Part shown: positions 60,266-64,000 of the stretch, one piece after another
Layout of the letters: each line of letters opens with the position of its first letter
How positions within the stretch are numbered: position 1 is the stretch's first letter
Assembly: GCA_051294375.1 (NCBI GenBank)
Contig: CM119267.1
Coordinates: forward strand, 15,974,105-16,038,104
Reading direction: 5' to 3'
Length of the DNA stretch: 64,000 nucleotides
DNA from: Paraspadella gotoi
Taxonomy: Eukaryota; Animalia; Chaetognatha
Made by a program: the position numbers and the translations under genes
Notes under the pieces: generated by a model
Database searches by the model: none
What the model saw: only the letters and a program-made list of their open reading frames with translations
What the model was told of the DNA's origin: nothing

Positions 60266-63200
60266 TATTTTCGATTTTGGTAGTGCACCCCCTACTTCGA
60301 AATTTTTTTTGTTCAGATTTTGACCAGTAAAATGAAATTTTCGAAATTATTCTCATTGTCTAATTTTTTAATGTACGGAATTTCACATTTTATAGTAAAG
60401 CTCAAAATGGGATTTTGGCCGTACAGGTCGTAAATCGTTATGCGATTTTATTCGCGTTTTCGGTTTTTATCGTACGTCATCGCGGGCTTGTTTATTTTGG
60501 AAGATTCGCGATTTTTTGAAATTTTTTTATTGAAAAAGAGAAAAAAATATTTTTTATTTTTAATATTTTTTGCCTCATTTGCATAACGGGTTTTTGCATA
60601 CGGACGTCGCGGTAGTTGTCGCTTCGTTCTTTGTTTTCGCTCCCTTTTTTCGCAGGTTTGGAGAGCCGTCCCTTGTCGAGTTTTCTCCAAGGGTTTCAAG
60701 CGGGAAACAAAACTTTATAAATTTCAAAGCTTCAAGATGCAAGCCCCTCCATGCAATTTGTCAGGTGCCCTGCACGATGACAGCCAGAGCAAAAGTTCCT
60801 GCTCGACAGGCTCCTGCAGGCGTTTCGCGTTGGCGGTCGCCTTCGCGGGATTGCAGGAGACGCAGAGTGCAGAGTGCCCCGGAAGAATCTGTGGGAACTG
60901 CAGGCGATTGTACAGTTCCGAGGCCCCCTGTGGTACTAGCGGACCTGTTAAGTCCGAACCTTGTGGAGGTGGTACAAGGTTTTGCAAGAAGAGCACAAGA
61001 GGCAGTTCTTTCTGCTGCTTCCCGAGGAGGAACCAGGACCTCGAAAGTCTGCGGGCCGGGACTCGCGAGCCCCCGCTTCGGGTGGCCGCGGAGGAGCGTG
61101 CCATCAGAGGGAGGTCCACCGGAGGCATTGTATGACGTCCGTTGAATCATTTCCGGCGTCGGACAGTCGCGCGAAAGGAAGGAGTTTCCTCCCGGGATCA
61201 GGCAGAAAGTATCGTCAAGGGCAGGCGCGGTCCCTTAGTCTGCAGGCTAGTAGGTAGAGAGGGACGTTGTTTGAGTTTCCAATCTCGACGGCTCTCTGTG
61301 TGTTTAGTGGCAGCGCTTGGTGTCCGTGGGGTCCCGGCGGGAGATATTTGAGATTGTTTTAATATTTTTTTTTTGAAGTTGTTTTGCCGGACGGGTTTAG
61401 CATACCAGCCCTAACCTCCCTTCTGGGATATGGGGGCTAAGATTCTTGTTTACAAACAAGCCAACAACTAGAATGCATTGTTTAAAAGGTTTGGGGTTTA
61501 GGAAGCTCCATCCCCTGTTAAAACACTGAGCTGTTTTAAATATTGGTGGTTAGATGTCACGTGATTTACTTATTTATTTGGCGACAGTAAAGTAAGGTAA
61601 TATTGCGGCGCATTGTGTCAGTCTGAGATTTTTTCCAGTGCAGTGCATCCTAAACAATTATTAAATGTGCTTAATGAATAAGATATAAGTCGCAAAAAAA
61701 ATGTACCATTTGATTATAAATTACCTTAGGCTAATTTTTAATCTGCATTTTTCCGCACACTTGTAAATAAATTATAAATATTTATTTTTTATTTGTTTAT
61801 TTTCGTGCCTCTTTTATTAATTTTTTACAGAAGCGCGCAACGGATCTGGTTCGTCGTTCGTCAAAGGGTCAGTGGTTCTCTCCGGATGATTTTCATCTTG
61901 AGCGAAGTTCGCCACGAAGGACGGATTCTATAGTTAGTTTTTACTCTCTTTAGATTTTTCGTTTTTTGTTGTCCGCGTCCGTTTTTAGCGGCCGACAATT
62001 TTTTTTGCTTTTCTGTCTGGCAGTCCGTTCTTAGTACGGCCAGACAATTTATTTATTTTTTCTGTCTGTCATGCGTCCGTAACTGCGGCCAGGAGCAAGT
62101 CCTGCTCCGTTCTAATACGGCCAGACATTTTTTATTTTAAAGAAACGGGGGCGCAGAAAGTTTTTTTCAATTTTTTGTGCGACGGCCGCCGGTGCGCAAA
62201 AGTTAAAAGTTTTTTTTCGTTTTTTTGAAACGCTTACAGCGTTTTTAAAGTAAAAATATTTAGAGAATTTTTTTATAAAATAAACCGAGCGTTTTTAAAC
62301 GGATTTAATTTTTAAATGATGGCTAATTTTTTATATATTTAATTATTCCTTTTCGTTTTTTTGATATAAATTTAATCTCCGTCGAGAGCGCGAGCGCAGC
62401 CTTGGCTCTTTTGTTCGGGTATTTTTTCTCTAAAGGTTAACAGGCCCCCGCGCCTGAAGGCTTAGGCTATTTTTTACTTTATTACGATGGCGCTCTATAG
62501 CTTTCTAAGAAGGCTTTTTTTTCCTTTTTCTGTGAGCTGAAAGCTCGTCTTTATTTATGATTTTAACCTATTTTTTTCATTTTAATTAATAGTTTAATTT
62601 TTTATTTCTTTATTTCCCCGTTTTTCTGGATTTATTCATTCGACCACATGAAAAGGTTGGATTCCTCCTGTGGCGGGAGTAAAGGGTTGGGATGCTCGAA
62701 ATAAGGATCGATTCGCTGTTAAAACGGGCGAAAAACGTTATTTATTAATCATTTTCTTTCAGTCACGTTCACTGATCGGATTTCCTATTTTTTCTGCACT
62801 TAGCAAAACTTTTTCTATGGGAGTGCCCCGCTAAAAAAGCCGTATTTATATTTTAATTTCAAATGTTTGGTTCATTTTTAATTTGCCCTATTTATTTCTT
62901 CGCATTTCTGCACCATGTGACTTGATCGGCATGGGGCGCCTTTGTGGACGGAGTTCTTCTTTGCTTTGCTCGGCTTTGACGTCCGTCTCGGTCAGCAAAG
63001 TATTGGTGGAAGGGTGTTTTTTCATGGCGTGCGGGAGGTTTCGTGGGAGGTTGTCCCGTGCAGCGGAAAAGTCGGCCCGTTTCTAGCCTCTCTTCGTTTT
63101 GAACCAATGTTTTTACTTTGACCTTTTTTTTCAAATCTCGATTTTTTTTTTGCCATTTTTCATGTATCGGTATTTTTTAAGCGTTTTTGTTTATGTAAAA

Positions 63201-64000
63201 GGAATTTTAAGGTTTTGCTTATCCATCGGAATGTTTAGATGTTTTTTCGCTGAGCAATCGGAAATTTCTTTTCTTTTCCGTTGGTATTTAGTAACGCGGC
63301 CATCGATCGTTTCGATGCATCGACGATTGGCCTCGTAAGTTTACAATGACATTGTTTTCGTGTTGTGCTCGTTAACCATCCGGTTTCAGCTGACGATGAA
63401 CATGACTTCCGGTTCGTAGTGGACGCTCGATCGTGACGGACGATTACGGGCTGAGGCTACGAATTTGGAAGTTGCGTTTGTCGTGCTGGGGCTTGATGCA
63501 AGGCGGGCATTTCGGGAAAATAAATTAATTGTATACTTACGCTTTTCTTAACTATTTTTTTATTGTTTAAATGAATATTTTATTTTTTTAGGTAAATATC
63601 GTTATTTGTGTGTTTGGTTTCGCAGGTTAATCTGCGATTTCAATCGATCGTACCGGCCTCGGTTATCTCGGATAAAGTGTTTTTTTTACTATCATTGCCT
63701 TTTTTCCTCAGATCTTCGCGACTTTACGCTCGAGTAGAAATTTGGGATTTTCCCCCGTTTCCCAAACATTACAAATTAACTACGCGTAGTTCTTTTCTTG
63801 TATTTTTGGGCTTAACGATTTTTTTTTGCTAAATGTTTTTTCGAAAAATTTTTCTTTTTTGTACGAACAGGTTCGTTCCCTCTCAGTTCGTGCGGGGGGT
63901 CGGCCATTTTTTGATAATGAAAATTTAGTATTTTTTAGAAAAATATGGTTTTAATAAATACTTTGTTCGTTTTTTTTAGAAAATTGGATATTTTTTCGTT

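Overview
Eukaryotic (invertebrate animal) genomic scaffold with short GT-AG introns, CpG-rich exons, many (AG)n microsatellites, N-gaps and stretches with indel noise typical of long-read gap filling. (1) 1-14.5 kb is a dense, co-oriented cluster of eight + strand genes: the 3' part of an ABCA3-like transporter, four paralogues of an unrecognised nuclear-protein family, MRPS28, NATD1 and an EPHX4-like hydrolase. Spacers are as short as 80 and 24 nt, and there are 3' splice-acceptor signals just upstream of most start codons, which suggests an operon resolved by SL trans-splicing. (2) The four paralogues share an N-terminal module resembling the dimerisation half of an SRF/MEF2 MADS box without its basic DNA-binding residues. 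Three end in an unrecognised conserved helical domain and one ends in an intact-looking methyl-CpG-binding domain (MBD). This is the best candidate for a novel system. (3) A convergent multi-exon SLC16/MCT-like gene lies at 14.8-18.5 kb (-). (4) A musashi gene (31.9-33.7 kb, -) sits in a large non-coding, microsatellite-rich region with MITEs and Helentron-like elements. (5) At 54-60.3 kb a frameshift-riddled BEL/Pao-type element has a triple zinc-knuckle Gag, ~370-bp direct repeats and no recognisable pol. All domain assignments were made by eye; no searches were run.
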